64,000 bases of DNA from Candidatus Omnitrophota bacterium. GTDB lineage: Bacteria; Omnitrophota; Gorgyraeia; 2-01-FULL-45-10. The notes beneath the pieces are model-generated. The model saw only the letters and a list, made by a program, of their open reading frames with translations, did not search any database and was not told where the DNA came from. The translations under genes and the position numbers were made by a program. This document shows, one piece after another, positions 37,813-46,364 of the stretch (within the stretch, counting starts at the first letter, position 1; each line of letters starts with the position of its first letter). The DNA lies in contig JAPLME010000007.1 of NCBI GenBank assembly GCA_026387175.1, positions 128,487-192,486 of the forward strand. Direction: 5' to 3'.

Positions 37813-40434
37813 TTAGGGATTCTTGTCCGGCGAAATCACTACTTCCACGCTCTTCCCGAGGTCAAGATATTTATCAAGGACTCTCCTGACATCCTCTTTG
37901 GTCACCTTATCGACCTCTGTCTCATATTTGTAAAGATTATCATAGCCTAAACCGCGAAGTTCTTCCACCGCAAAATTAAACGTGAAAAATCCGTTCGATT
38001 GCATTGCCATCTGATGACGGGAGGAGAGCTCCCTCTTGGCACGGCGAAGCTCGTCATCCGTTATACCGGACGACTTCACCTTGCGCAATTCTTCGATTAA
38101 CGCTTTTTTAACGGCGGGCAATTTATCTTTTGTGGTAGCGACATAAAACGCGAAGATCCCTTCATCGGTCCAGTAATCCTGCCAGCATCCGAGCGTGTAA
38201 GCAAGGGAAAGCTTATTGCGCAAGTTCTCGAATAGCCTTCCCGAATATCCGGACATGACGGCGCCCAGGACTTCCAGCGGGTATCTGTCAGGGCTTTTTC
38301 TGGAGACGGCCTTAAAGCCCAGCGCGATAAGGCTCTGCTCCTTATCCATGGCGATCGAAACCGTCTTTGCTTTATCGATGGCCGTCTCGCCTGCCGAAGG
38401 AATGGACAGCTCTTTGCTCTTGAGATCCGAGAAGAGTCCTTTTAATTTACTTATCGTCTTTTCGGCATCGACGTCGCCCGATATGGCGATAACCATATTA
38501 TTAGGCAGGTAATATTTTTTGTAGAATTCCGCCGCATCCTCAGGTTTTAAAGAGCTTACGGATTCAATCCGGCCTATGCCGCGAAGCCCGTAAGGAGAGC
38601 CGGCGAAAAGCTCCTTCTTCAGGGCATTCATACCGACTTCAAAGATATCATCGTCCTCTGCTTTTATCGACGCTATAATGAAAGATTTGCTTTTTTCGAA
38701 TTCCCGCTCGGAGAAATTCGCGTTCACCAAAACATCTTTCAGTATCTCCAGCGCCATATCCAGATCGGGTTTAAGCACGGATATGCTGACACCGAAAGTA
38801 TTGACGCCGCTGAAAGAGTCAATCTCTCCACCCAGCTCCTGTAACACGCCTTTTATCTTGCCGCTGTCGGGCCTGGTATATGTGCCCCGCAGGATCATAT
38901 CCGCCGTGATATTGGATATTCCGTTATCCTCTTTAGTCTCCGCCGTTAACGCACCAAGCATTGCCGCCGTTATCGTGACGGATGGTATCTTCTTGTCTTC
39001 CCGCACGAAAAGTTTAAGGCCGTTCGGGAGCAACGCCTCTTTTACCGTATTCCGGACATTTGGCCTTTCAATAAAATTCTTTTGCTCTTTTTTGCCCGGA
39101 GGCAAAATCCTAACTGTGGTAAGATTATCGGCGCGAAGGTACTTATTCGCGACGGCCTTTATATCTTCTTTTTTTACGGCATTTATACCTTCGACGTAGC
39201 GCCTGGAGAAGCCTTCGGAGCCTGTCAGCATGTAGCTTGTGGATATATCATTGGCCTGAGCTTCTATGGTCTCAAGGATCGATATGTAATCGGCCAGCAA
39301 CATGCGTTTAGCGGAATTGAGCTCCTCATCCCGCACGAGGCCGGCGCGCAAGATGCCCAGTTCTTCCATTATAGACTTTTCGGTTTCACCCAGCTTGTTT
39401 TCATCAAGTACTACCGTTATCACGAATAATCCGGGATCCCTTGGCGTGTAATTCGACGCACTTACGGTATAGACCAGGGCCTTGTTTTTATACAATGAAG
39501 TATTGAGCCTCGAGTTATCCCCCTGCCCAAGGATCTTTGATAAGACATCCATGGCGAACAGATCTTCGCTTAAAATACTTGTTGAATGGAAGCCCATGGC
39601 AAGATACGCGAGGTTCGTCTCTATGCGCTCATCCGCGCTTCGGGACTGAATCTGCGCCGGTTCAATGCTTATCAGGTCCGAAACGCTGTAATCCGCGCGC
39701 CTGAAGTCCTCGAACTCCTTTTCGACCTGAGAGATCGCTGCGGACTCATCGATGCCTCCTGCCACCGTCACTATCATCCTGTTCGGCACGTATCTGGTTT
39801 TATAATATTTCACTATGTCGCCTGCAGTGAGAGCTTTCAGGTTCTTTTCGTAACCTATAGTTGGAAATTTATATGTGTGGCTCAAGTAAGCCTTCTCGTT
39901 CAAAAGCCGCATCAGCCGCCCATGGGGCTCGTCCTTGTCCATCCGTATCTCTTTCAGGATAACTTCTTTTTCCCTTGTGAGTTCGGCGGGGTCCATCTTC
40001 GCGTTAAGGAGCATATCCTTAAGGACGGCCAGGGCCTGGGGAAGATATTTTGACGGTAAGACTATATAGAAATCCGTGGCGTCATTGGAGGTGGAACCGT
40101 TTATTATACCGCCGTAGGATTTAATCTCTTTTTCAATGTCGCCTACGCCCCTGGAAGCAGTTCCCCTGAAGAGCATATGCTCCACAAGATGTGAAATTCC
40201 CGAACCTAGATATTCGCCTTCAATGCTCGAGCCTGCTTTCACCTTCACATCTATCGCGACCAGGTCCTGTGGAAGCGAATATTTGGCTAAAACAGTGAGG
40301 CCGTTATCTAAGGTTATCTTAGAAACGGCCTCATCAGGAAGGACTATTGCATCTTGTGAAGCGCCGTAGGCGGCAGATGCTATAAATGAAAGAAATATCA
40401 GTGCCAGGTTTATTCTTTTAATTATTTCTTCCAC
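37813..40434 (-). CDS. M16 family (pitrilysin-like) zinc protease, exported
   Basis: Signal peptide; HLVEHMLF (HxxEH); duplicated L.NGL domains. Confidence 0.93.
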   Translation of the reverse strand: MEEIIKRINLALIFLSFIASAAYGASQDAIVLPDEAVSKITLDNGLTVLAKYSLPQDLVAIDVKVKAGSSIEGEYLGSGISHLVEHMLFRGTASRGVGDIEKEIKSYGGIINGSTSNDATDFYIVLPSKYLPQALAVLKDMLLNAKMDPAELTREKEVILKEIRMDKDEPHGRLMRLLNEKAYLSHTYKFPTIGYEKNLKALTAGDIVKYYKTRYVPNRMIVTVAGGIDESAAISQVEKEFEDFRRADYSVSDLISIEPAQIQSRSADERIETNLAYLAMGFHSTSILSEDLFAMDVLSKILGQGDNSRLNTSLYKNKALVYTVSASNYTPRDPGLFVITVVLDENKLGETEKSIMEELGILRAGLVRDEELNSAKRMLLADYISILETIEAQANDISTSYMLTGSEGFSRRYVEGINAVKKEDIKAVANKYLRADNLTTVRILPPGKKEQKNFIERPNVRNTVKEALLPNGLKLFVREDKKIPSVTITAAMLGALTAETKEDNGISNITADMILRGTYTRPDSGKIKGVLQELGGEIDSFSGVNTFGVSISVLKPDLDMALEILKDVLVNANFSEREFEKSKSFIIASIKAEDDDIFEVGMNALKKELFAGSPYGLRGIGRIESVSSLKPEDAAEFYKKYYLPNNMVIAISGDVDAEKTISKLKGLFSDLKSKELSIPSAGETAIDKAKTVSIAMDKEQSLIALGFKAVSRKSPDRYPLEVLGAVMSGYSGRLFENLRNKLSLAYTLGCWQDYWTDEGIFAFYVATTKDKLPAVKKALIEELRKVKSSGITDDELRRAKRELSSRHQMAMQSNGFFTFNFAVEELRGLGYDNLYKYETEVDKVTKEDVRRVLDKYLDLGKSVEVVISPDKNP

Positions 40435-40589
40435 GCCATTTTTCTCTTGCGCCGCTTCTGCTCGCTCGGCTTCTCGTAATGCTTTCTAGCCTTAAGCGTC
40501 TTAAGAGTTCCCTCTATCTCCATCTTTTTTTTGAATCGTCTAAGCGCCTTTTCAATAGGCTCATTCTCACCAACGGTGATCTTAGGCAT
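40422..40589 (-). CDS. rpsU: 30S ribosomal protein S21
   Basis: Manual translation MPKITVGENEPIEKALRRFKKKMEIEGTLKTLKARKHYEKPSEQKRRKRKMAWKK (55 aa, below the ORF cutoff). Confidence 0.95.
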   Translation of the reverse strand: MPKITVGENEPIEKALRRFKKKMEIEGTLKTLKARKHYEKPSEQKRRKRKMAWKK

Positions 40590-40646
40590 CTTTTATCTCA
40601 CCCCTTTGCATGATTTTCCATATCTTATCAGCCGCTCTACCTGTTG

Positions 40647-41033
40647 TCAAGGTCTAACTAATTTATCCCAGAACGCTTCGCATTTCAGCGGCGTGGCAAA
40701 ATAGCTCTTCGCATGATAATATATATCGTTGTCCGACGATACGACCCTTATATTGCGCCTCTGCCGGTCAGGGGTATCCTCTATATACTTTTTTATATAA
40801 TTATCTGCGTCTCTTGAGGCCACTATTCTTAGTTTCGGCGTGCTCGTGTAGCGTATATCGAGATATTCATTTGTGCTGTCAAATACCAGCACAATGGGAT
40901 CGTTATGGGTTTCCTGAAACTCGCTTAGATATGATATGAGTGCCTGGGCGGATTCGAGAGAATCCGCGCCGTCATCTCTTATTCTGGACCTGCGGTTTCG
41001 TATTAAATTCCACCCATCTATTATAATCGGCAC
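40647..41033 (-). CDS. NYN/YacP-like PIN domain protein
   Basis: IIDGWNLI, VFD, ADNYI, VVSSD. Confidence 0.85.
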   Translation of the reverse strand: MPIIIDGWNLIRNRRSRIRDDGADSLESAQALISYLSEFQETHNDPIVLVFDSTNEYLDIRYTSTPKLRIVASRDADNYIKKYIEDTPDRQRRNIRVVSSDNDIYYHAKSYFATPLKCEAFWDKLVRP

Positions 41034-41036
41034 GGT

Positions 41037-41291
41037 TTACTTTAAAGCAGCTTGTAAATTCTGCATCTCCCTCAACAATATCTGATACAACTCTATGGAA
41101 GATTTAAGGGCCCATAACGTAAAAATAATTGTTAGCGCGGTAAGGACTATCTTTTGCCAACTTTTGAAGGCAGGGCTGATCCAGACCATAGGTATAGCGA
41201 ATGGCCCGATGCCGATTATCGCTATCAATATTACCGCGGGTTTCAGATACCACTTAACCGTCTTTTTATCAAGCTGGACATCCGGCGCCAT
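41037..41291 (-). CDS. small membrane protein
   Basis: KWY..P, GPFAIP.VW.SP, two TMs. Confidence 0.7.
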   Translation of the reverse strand: MAPDVQLDKKTVKWYLKPAVILIAIIGIGPFAIPMVWISPAFKSWQKIVLTALTIIFTLWALKSSIELYQILLREMQNLQAALK

Positions 41292-42474
41292 AAAGGCCTT
41301 TCGTGTATGACTTCTGTTCTTTCAATGCCAGGGCTATGTCTTTTTCCGCCGTAAACCCTAGCTGCGTCAATATATCACCCAGGAGCATTCCTCGTCTCCA
41401 ATGGGTCGTAAGGGCCTCGTCCAGTTTTTCGGCTGTTATCATCTTCCGGTCCAGCAGGATCTGCCCGAGAGGCTTGTAAGTATAACCCTCACCGGTATCC
41501 GGCTTAAAGACATGCGGCGAGCGGCGGGCCTCCTTAGGACCGGTGCGCCTGTCGGCCATGTATTTTGATCCCGTAAGGGCCTTGAGATAGCGTTTCACTT
41601 CCGCTATCTTTTCATTTATCTCTATTACATTCTTAAATTTTTCATCTTCGCCGCTGTTCACCACAGCTATCGACACGCTGACCAGAGGTATGTTCTTTAT
41701 CTTATGGTCTCTGGCTCGCGCAACTACATAGCCGCGGGAACGGTCTTCTTTATTATAGTGGAACGGCATTACCATATTGAATGCCGCGATGAAGTTCTGG
41801 CATATCGCGGCATGTTTATCGGGAGTGGTGATAAACGCGAAGTCATCCCCTCCTATGTGCCCTATAAAATCGCCGCTATTACCGAACTTCAGTATTGTCG
41901 TGTAGAGCATATAGGCCGTTTGCATTATGACACGGTCACCCTGCAGATAGCCGTACATATCGTTGAAATATTTAAAATTGTCCAGATCCAGATATCCGAA
42001 GGAAAAGGCCTTACCGTCCTTTAGCCTGTCGCGCAGGTTTTCTTCGATGAGCCTTCCGCCCGGGAGCCCTGTAAGAGGCATTGAATAGAAGCTGTATTGC
42101 AGGCGTTTTATTGCCATCTCGACGCGCACCCTCAGATCAAGTGGATCCGGAGGCTTTATCAGGTAATCGTCCACCCCCTGTTTGATGCTCAAGAGATGCC
42201 CGCGAAGCTGTCTTTTATTGATAAGGGTTATTACCGGAATGTAGGCCGTAATGAAATCGCTTTTAAGGAGCCCGCATATCTCCAGATCCATATGCTTTGC
42301 CGCGTGAACATCGATCACTATGACGTTAGGCGAGATCTTTTTTATAGGCGTGACATCATGTACCATCGTTTCGAAAAGGATAACCTGATACCCCCATCCG
42401 TCGAAGCAGAATCTCAACACTTCGCGCAAATTTTTATCGGATGATATTATCAGGATCTTTTTCGGCTGGTCCAT
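41269..42474 (-). CDS. REC-GGDEF(GGDDF)-MshEN-like fusion protein
   Basis: REC (DDYLIKP), PLTGLPG, DLDNFKYFND.YG...GD, HIGGDDF, C-terminal LGQILL...IT...LDEAL...LGDIL..LG. Confidence 0.85.
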   Translation of the reverse strand: MDQPKKILIISSDKNLREVLRFCFDGWGYQVILFETMVHDVTPIKKISPNVIVIDVHAAKHMDLEICGLLKSDFITAYIPVITLINKRQLRGHLLSIKQGVDDYLIKPPDPLDLRVRVEMAIKRLQYSFYSMPLTGLPGGRLIEENLRDRLKDGKAFSFGYLDLDNFKYFNDMYGYLQGDRVIMQTAYMLYTTILKFGNSGDFIGHIGGDDFAFITTPDKHAAICQNFIAAFNMVMPFHYNKEDRSRGYVVARARDHKIKNIPLVSVSIAVVNSGEDEKFKNVIEINEKIAEVKRYLKALTGSKYMADRRTGPKEARRSPHVFKPDTGEGYTYKPLGQILLDRKMITAEKLDEALTTHWRRGMLLGDILTQLGFTAEKDIALALKEQKSYTKGLYGAGCPA

Positions 42475-42497
42475 CTCTTCCTCTCGCGAAATCCGCT

Positions 42498-43055
42498 CTA
42501 AAACTTAACCTCCGGCACGGCCTTTGCTTTATCTTCCGCCCTGAAGTACTGATTGGCCGGCTTATACCCGAAGATCCCGGCTACGACATTTCCGGGAAAT
42601 CGCCGGACGGTTATATTGAAGTCCATGACGGCTTCATTAAATCTCATCCGTTCTACTGCTATGCGGTTCTCGGTGCCCGATAGCTCGTCCATCAATTTGA
42701 GGAACGTTCCATCCGCCTTAAGCTGCGGATAATTTTCAGCTACAGCGATGAGCCTGCCCAGGGCCATATCCATACTTGACGCCGCATTCACTTTATCATT
42801 CAGAGTACTGGCGCCTGCCCACTGCGAACGCGCCTTTGTTACATCCTCGAAAAGAGTCTTTTCGTGCGCGGCATAACCTTTAACGCTATTAACGAGATTC
42901 GGTATCAGGTCGTTACGCCTCTGGAGCTGGTTCTCGACCTGCGCCCATTTAGCCGTTATGTTTTCATTCTTGGAAACAATGCTATTGTAAACACCTGCAA
43001 ATGATACCGCGATCACTACCGCGATGATTCCTAACGCCACCAAAAAATTTTTCAT
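42498..43055 (-). CDS. lemA: LemA family protein
   Basis: QLQRRNDLIPNLV, ENYPQLKA, GTENRIAVER. Confidence 0.96.
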   Translation of the reverse strand: MKNFLVALGIIAVVIAVSFAGVYNSIVSKNENITAKWAQVENQLQRRNDLIPNLVNSVKGYAAHEKTLFEDVTKARSQWAGASTLNDKVNAASSMDMALGRLIAVAENYPQLKADGTFLKLMDELSGTENRIAVERMRFNEAVMDFNITVRRFPGNVVAGIFGYKPANQYFRAEDKAKAVPEVKF

Positions 43056-43065
43056 TTCATCTCTC

Positions 43066-43169
43066 CTAGTTTATTAAGCCCTATAGCAGGCTGAGTGCCG
43101 ATATCCCTGATATCGGCCTAGTTTATTCAGCCATATTGTATGCTAAGTGCCGATATCCCTGATATCGGC
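43066..43169 (-). repeat. 52-bp SD-associated repeat, tandem copies 4 and 5
   Basis: Two head-to-tail non-identical units, 43066-43117 and 43118-43169. Confidence 0.95.
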
Positions 43170-43193
43170 CTTATGTTTTACCCTTCGCCGAAA

Positions 43194-44105
43194 TTAAAAT
43201 CCTCCACCGGCCCCTCCGCCTCCTCCGAATCCTCCGCCGAATCCTCCGCCTCCTCCGAATCCTCCGCCGCCTGTGCCCCAGCCCCCTGAAGTGGAAGTCC
43301 ATGTGCCGCCAAAGAGTTGAGGCCCGAAGAAATCGCGACGTTTTTTGCCCGGGAGCTTCCGCCAGTAAACATACCTTACCGCCATAGAAGCAATGTAAGC
43401 GACAACTATCGAAAGTCCGGTAATCTGATTAAAATTATACAGTGCTACGGCGAATATCATGGTGAACGGCAGACTGATGATAATAGGCCATGGGATGCTC
43501 CAGATAAAGAAAAATAGCGGAATTCCCGCGTATAATACTATATTGCCCAGAAGAGAGCCGGAGGTGAGCAGTCCGCGGTTAAGGCTGACTCCCTTTAAGG
43601 TATCAAGCGCGATATTCGAATTCCGAGATATAATATCCGCTATTGCCGCTGTCCCGTTGTAAAGGCCTTCAGCGTACTTTCCCTGTTTAAAAAGAGGCAC
43701 CATGTAGCTGCGGCCTATCTCACCGCATTTTCCATCCGGCAGGATTCCCTCCAGGCCATAACCGGTCTCTATTCGCCAGCGCCTCTCCTTGACCGCGAGA
43801 AGTATCAGAACGCCGTTATCCTTACTTTTTTTCCCTATCTTCCAATTATCAAAGAGAAGCCTCGCGTAGCTGATCTCATCATACGGAGCGATCGATTCCA
43901 TCGCGACCACTGCTATCTCCGCCGATGTCCTTGCCTCCACCTCCGCTATTAGAGTCTGCAATTTCTGGCGATATTCGGGCGATATGACGTTAGCGTAGTC
44001 GTTTATCCACCCTTCGGGTTTTGGCACAGCCTCAACCCCCTGCGCAGGGCACGCAAAAAATAATAACGCGAATAAAACGGCAACAGCAAACGTCTTCTTA
44101 ATCAT
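43194..44105 (-). CDS. TPM domain protein (YgcG-like)
   Basis: INDYANV, WKIG....DNGVL, RIETGYGLEG.LPD, Gly-rich tail. Confidence 0.93.
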   Translation of the reverse strand: MIKKTFAVAVLFALLFFACPAQGVEAVPKPEGWINDYANVISPEYRQKLQTLIAEVEARTSAEIAVVAMESIAPYDEISYARLLFDNWKIGKKSKDNGVLILLAVKERRWRIETGYGLEGILPDGKCGEIGRSYMVPLFKQGKYAEGLYNGTAAIADIISRNSNIALDTLKGVSLNRGLLTSGSLLGNIVLYAGIPLFFFIWSIPWPIIISLPFTMIFAVALYNFNQITGLSIVVAYIASMAVRYVYWRKLPGKKRRDFFGPQLFGGTWTSTSGGWGTGGGGFGGGGGFGGGFGGGGGAGGGF

Positions 44106-44830
44106 TATAGTTTATCTACCACCGAAACAATCGATTCAAGTTCTTTTACTAAACCGGACAGGAGCGCATCCACATCTTTATAAGCAAGCGACATCTTCTT
44201 ATTCTTCGCCCAGAGTATCTTGCTTAACATTGCCGTATCAACGCCGAGCGCTTTTTCAGCGGAATTCAGTATTTCCTCTTTTAGGTATGGAGGATGGATC
44301 CCCTTAAGCCTGAGAATGTTGCGCATTATATGAAGCGCCGAGGTGAAAGTCTTGAATAATAGATTCTCCAGATCTGTCTTGTTTTTTGTAGAGAGGTATA
44401 ACTTCTTTATGTTTATAAGTTTGGACTTGAGTTCCTGTTCGCATTGGAAGCGCAGATTCTTGTTATCTACCTTAAGGCCCTTTATCAGGTCTCTTCCATA
44501 CAGGATCGTATAGTTTTCCGTGATGTCCAGAAATTCTATCGGAAAGACATCGAGAGAGCTCTTAATATATCCCTCGGTAAAGAATACAGGGCTTATCATC
44601 TTGAACTTGCGGGAATTAATTATTGAGTACGCTTTAGAAAGGTTGGCCAAAGATGTGTCGTCTAAGACCACCATGACATTGACGTTCGAATATTTTTTAG
44701 CGAACTCGCCGCTTGAAGCGCTTCCATAAAGAATGACCGAGATGAGGGTATCCCGGTATAAATCTTTCAATCCGGCCGTGAAATTTTTCAGACGAGCTCT
44801 TAGCTCCTCCGGTAGATTTAGGTCATCCAT
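44105..44830 (-). CDS. nucleotidyltransferase-domain protein
   Basis: VILYGSASSGEF...SNVN, DVFPIEF, LRFQCE.E; ATG 44830 fits the SD spacing. Confidence 0.85.
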   Translation of the reverse strand: MDDLNLPEELRARLKNFTAGLKDLYRDTLISVILYGSASSGEFAKKYSNVNVMVVLDDTSLANLSKAYSIINSRKFKMISPVFFTEGYIKSSLDVFPIEFLDITENYTILYGRDLIKGLKVDNKNLRFQCEQELKSKLINIKKLYLSTKNKTDLENLLFKTFTSALHIMRNILRLKGIHPPYLKEEILNSAEKALGVDTAMLSKILWAKNKKMSLAYKDVDALLSGLVKELESIVSVVDKL

Positions 44831-44839
44831 GGGCATCTC

Positions 44840-44891
44840 CTAGTTTATTCAGCCATACTGTATGCTAAGTGCCGATATCCCTGATATCGGC
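44840..44891 (-). repeat. 52-bp SD-associated repeat, copy 6
   Basis: ctagtttattcagccatactgtatgctaagtgccgatatccctgatatcggc. Confidence 0.95.
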
Positions 44892-44907
44892 CTCCGTAGT
44901 GTTTTTA

Positions 44908-45561
44908 TCAGCTGATCTCAGATTCAATTTTCACAATGATACTGGATATATCCTTGATCACCGCGGCCGGAAGCATCTTGGATATCTCCAGGTCCCTCTT
45001 CAGAGCCTTTAAGGTGGCCAGCGATCTCTTCAGCGTGGACAGCCTCTTCTGTATGCGGGCCTCATCCGGATCCATCTCCTCCCGCTGTTTTATGATGCTG
45101 GTCAGGCTTCTTCGGACCTCGCTGGCATCTTTGCCGTGTGCGAAGACATCTTTCTTTAAGGCGGCGTAATCGACTCCGTCAAGCTTCTTCTTATCTTTGG
45201 CAAGACGCAATAGATTTACTGATTCGTAACTTGGCACAGAGCTTGCATTCACCGGATCGGAATTTTCTTTCTGCAGATATATGGGCTCTTCTTTTTCTAA
45301 AAAATAATAACTTTTGAGAAGCTTCATAGCCGTGGCTTTCTTTATGCCGATCTCTTTGCCGGTATAGGCCTCGAAAGTCATGTATCCCCACTCTTTATAG
45401 AGCTTGTCTTTCCAGGCGGCATATAGGGACTGGCCCAGATCCATCCATGATGTCTTAAAGTTCTTAGCGCTTTGAAGTATCCGGTATCTTACAGAGCTTT
45501 TATCGATGCCTTCCATCTTGCTGCTAATGCTTTCAAGCGATTTTGTTGTAAGTTTTGTCAT
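44908..45561 (-). CDS. conserved hypothetical protein (DUF3102-like N-terminal helices)
   Basis: FKTSW.DLG..L......LYKEWGY.TFEAY...E.GI...TA.KL. Confidence 0.7.
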   Translation of the reverse strand: MTKLTTKSLESISSKMEGIDKSSVRYRILQSAKNFKTSWMDLGQSLYAAWKDKLYKEWGYMTFEAYTGKEIGIKKATAMKLLKSYYFLEKEEPIYLQKENSDPVNASSVPSYESVNLLRLAKDKKKLDGVDYAALKKDVFAHGKDASEVRRSLTSIIKQREEMDPDEARIQKRLSTLKRSLATLKALKRDLEISKMLPAAVIKDISSIIVKIESEIS

Positions 45562-45647
45562 ACGGCCATTATATCCTAAAAATTGGACTTTTTAAACTAA
45601 TTTGATAGATATTGACATATTCGAGACCCTGACTTATCATGTGTAAC

Positions 45648-46364
45648 ATGTTAAGAAAAATCATGGTTTCAATAATAGTATGGACGATAAGCATCATGCT
45701 TACTATAACACTCTATTTTGTTATACTGGCGGCGGTGATCTTATTCCCTTTCGATAGAGACAGGAGACGCGCGCATGAGCGGTGCTACTTATGGAGCGAC
45801 TTGATCATGGGGCTGAATCCATTTTGGAAGATCAAAGTATCAGGCCTCGAAAATATTGATCACAATAAGACTTATGTAATAGTGGCAAATCACCAAAGCC
45901 TGGCGGACATTGTCATCCTTTATCAGACAAAGACGCAGTTCAAGTGGGTCGCGAAGGACAGCCTCTTCACCGTACCATTCATCGGATGGTCTCTCTCGCT
46001 TTGCAAACATATACGCATAGCGCGCGGCGAGCTTGGAAGTATAAAAAAGGTTTACAAGGAAGCTCAGGAGTGGTTAAGGAGAGGGATGTCCGTTTTATTC
46101 TTTCCGGAAGGAACACGCAGCGCGACCGGAGAAATGAAAGATTTCCAGAACGGCGCTTTTAAATTAGCGATCAGAGAGAAGCTGCCGGTGCTGCCTATAC
46201 TGTTGGAAAACACCGGCAGCGCTATGCCTAAAGGCAGCTGGCTCTTCGAACCTCAGGCGCCGTCCAGGATGAAAGTATTACCGGCTATCGACACATCTAA
46301 TTTCCAAGATGCCGATTTTGCCCGCCTAAGAGATATAACCCGCTCTATGCTAAAGTCGGCTTAA
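45648..46364 (+). CDS. plsC: 1-acyl-sn-glycerol-3-phosphate acyltransferase
   Basis: NHQSLAD, FFPEGTRS, GAF; ATG 45648 preferred (ORF track gives 45639). Confidence 0.88.
   Translation: MLRKIMVSIIVWTISIMLTITLYFVILAAVILFPFDRDRRRAHERCYLWSDLIMGLNPFWKIKVSGLENIDHNKTYVIVANHQSLADIVILYQTKTQFKWVAKDSLFTVPFIGWSLSLCKHIRIARGELGSIKKVYKEAQEWLRRGMSVLFFPEGTRSATGEMKDFQNGAFKLAIREKLPVLPILLENTGSAMPKGSWLFEPQAPSRMKVLPAIDTSNFQDADFARLRDITRSMLKSA

Noticed and set aside
41860-41990. Hypr-type (cGAMP-producing) GGDEF
   Set aside because: The specificity position retains Asp (YLQGD), not Ser/Thr.
43066-43169. CRISPR mini-array interpretation of the tandem repeat
   Set aside because: The variable parts are homologous to each other and too short to be spacers, other copies are dispersed singletons, and there are no cas genes.
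43197-43290. GC-rich short tandem repeats (cctccg/aatcct) and overlapping 64-aa ORF
   Set aside because: Explained by the Gly-rich GGGF tail of the TPM protein.
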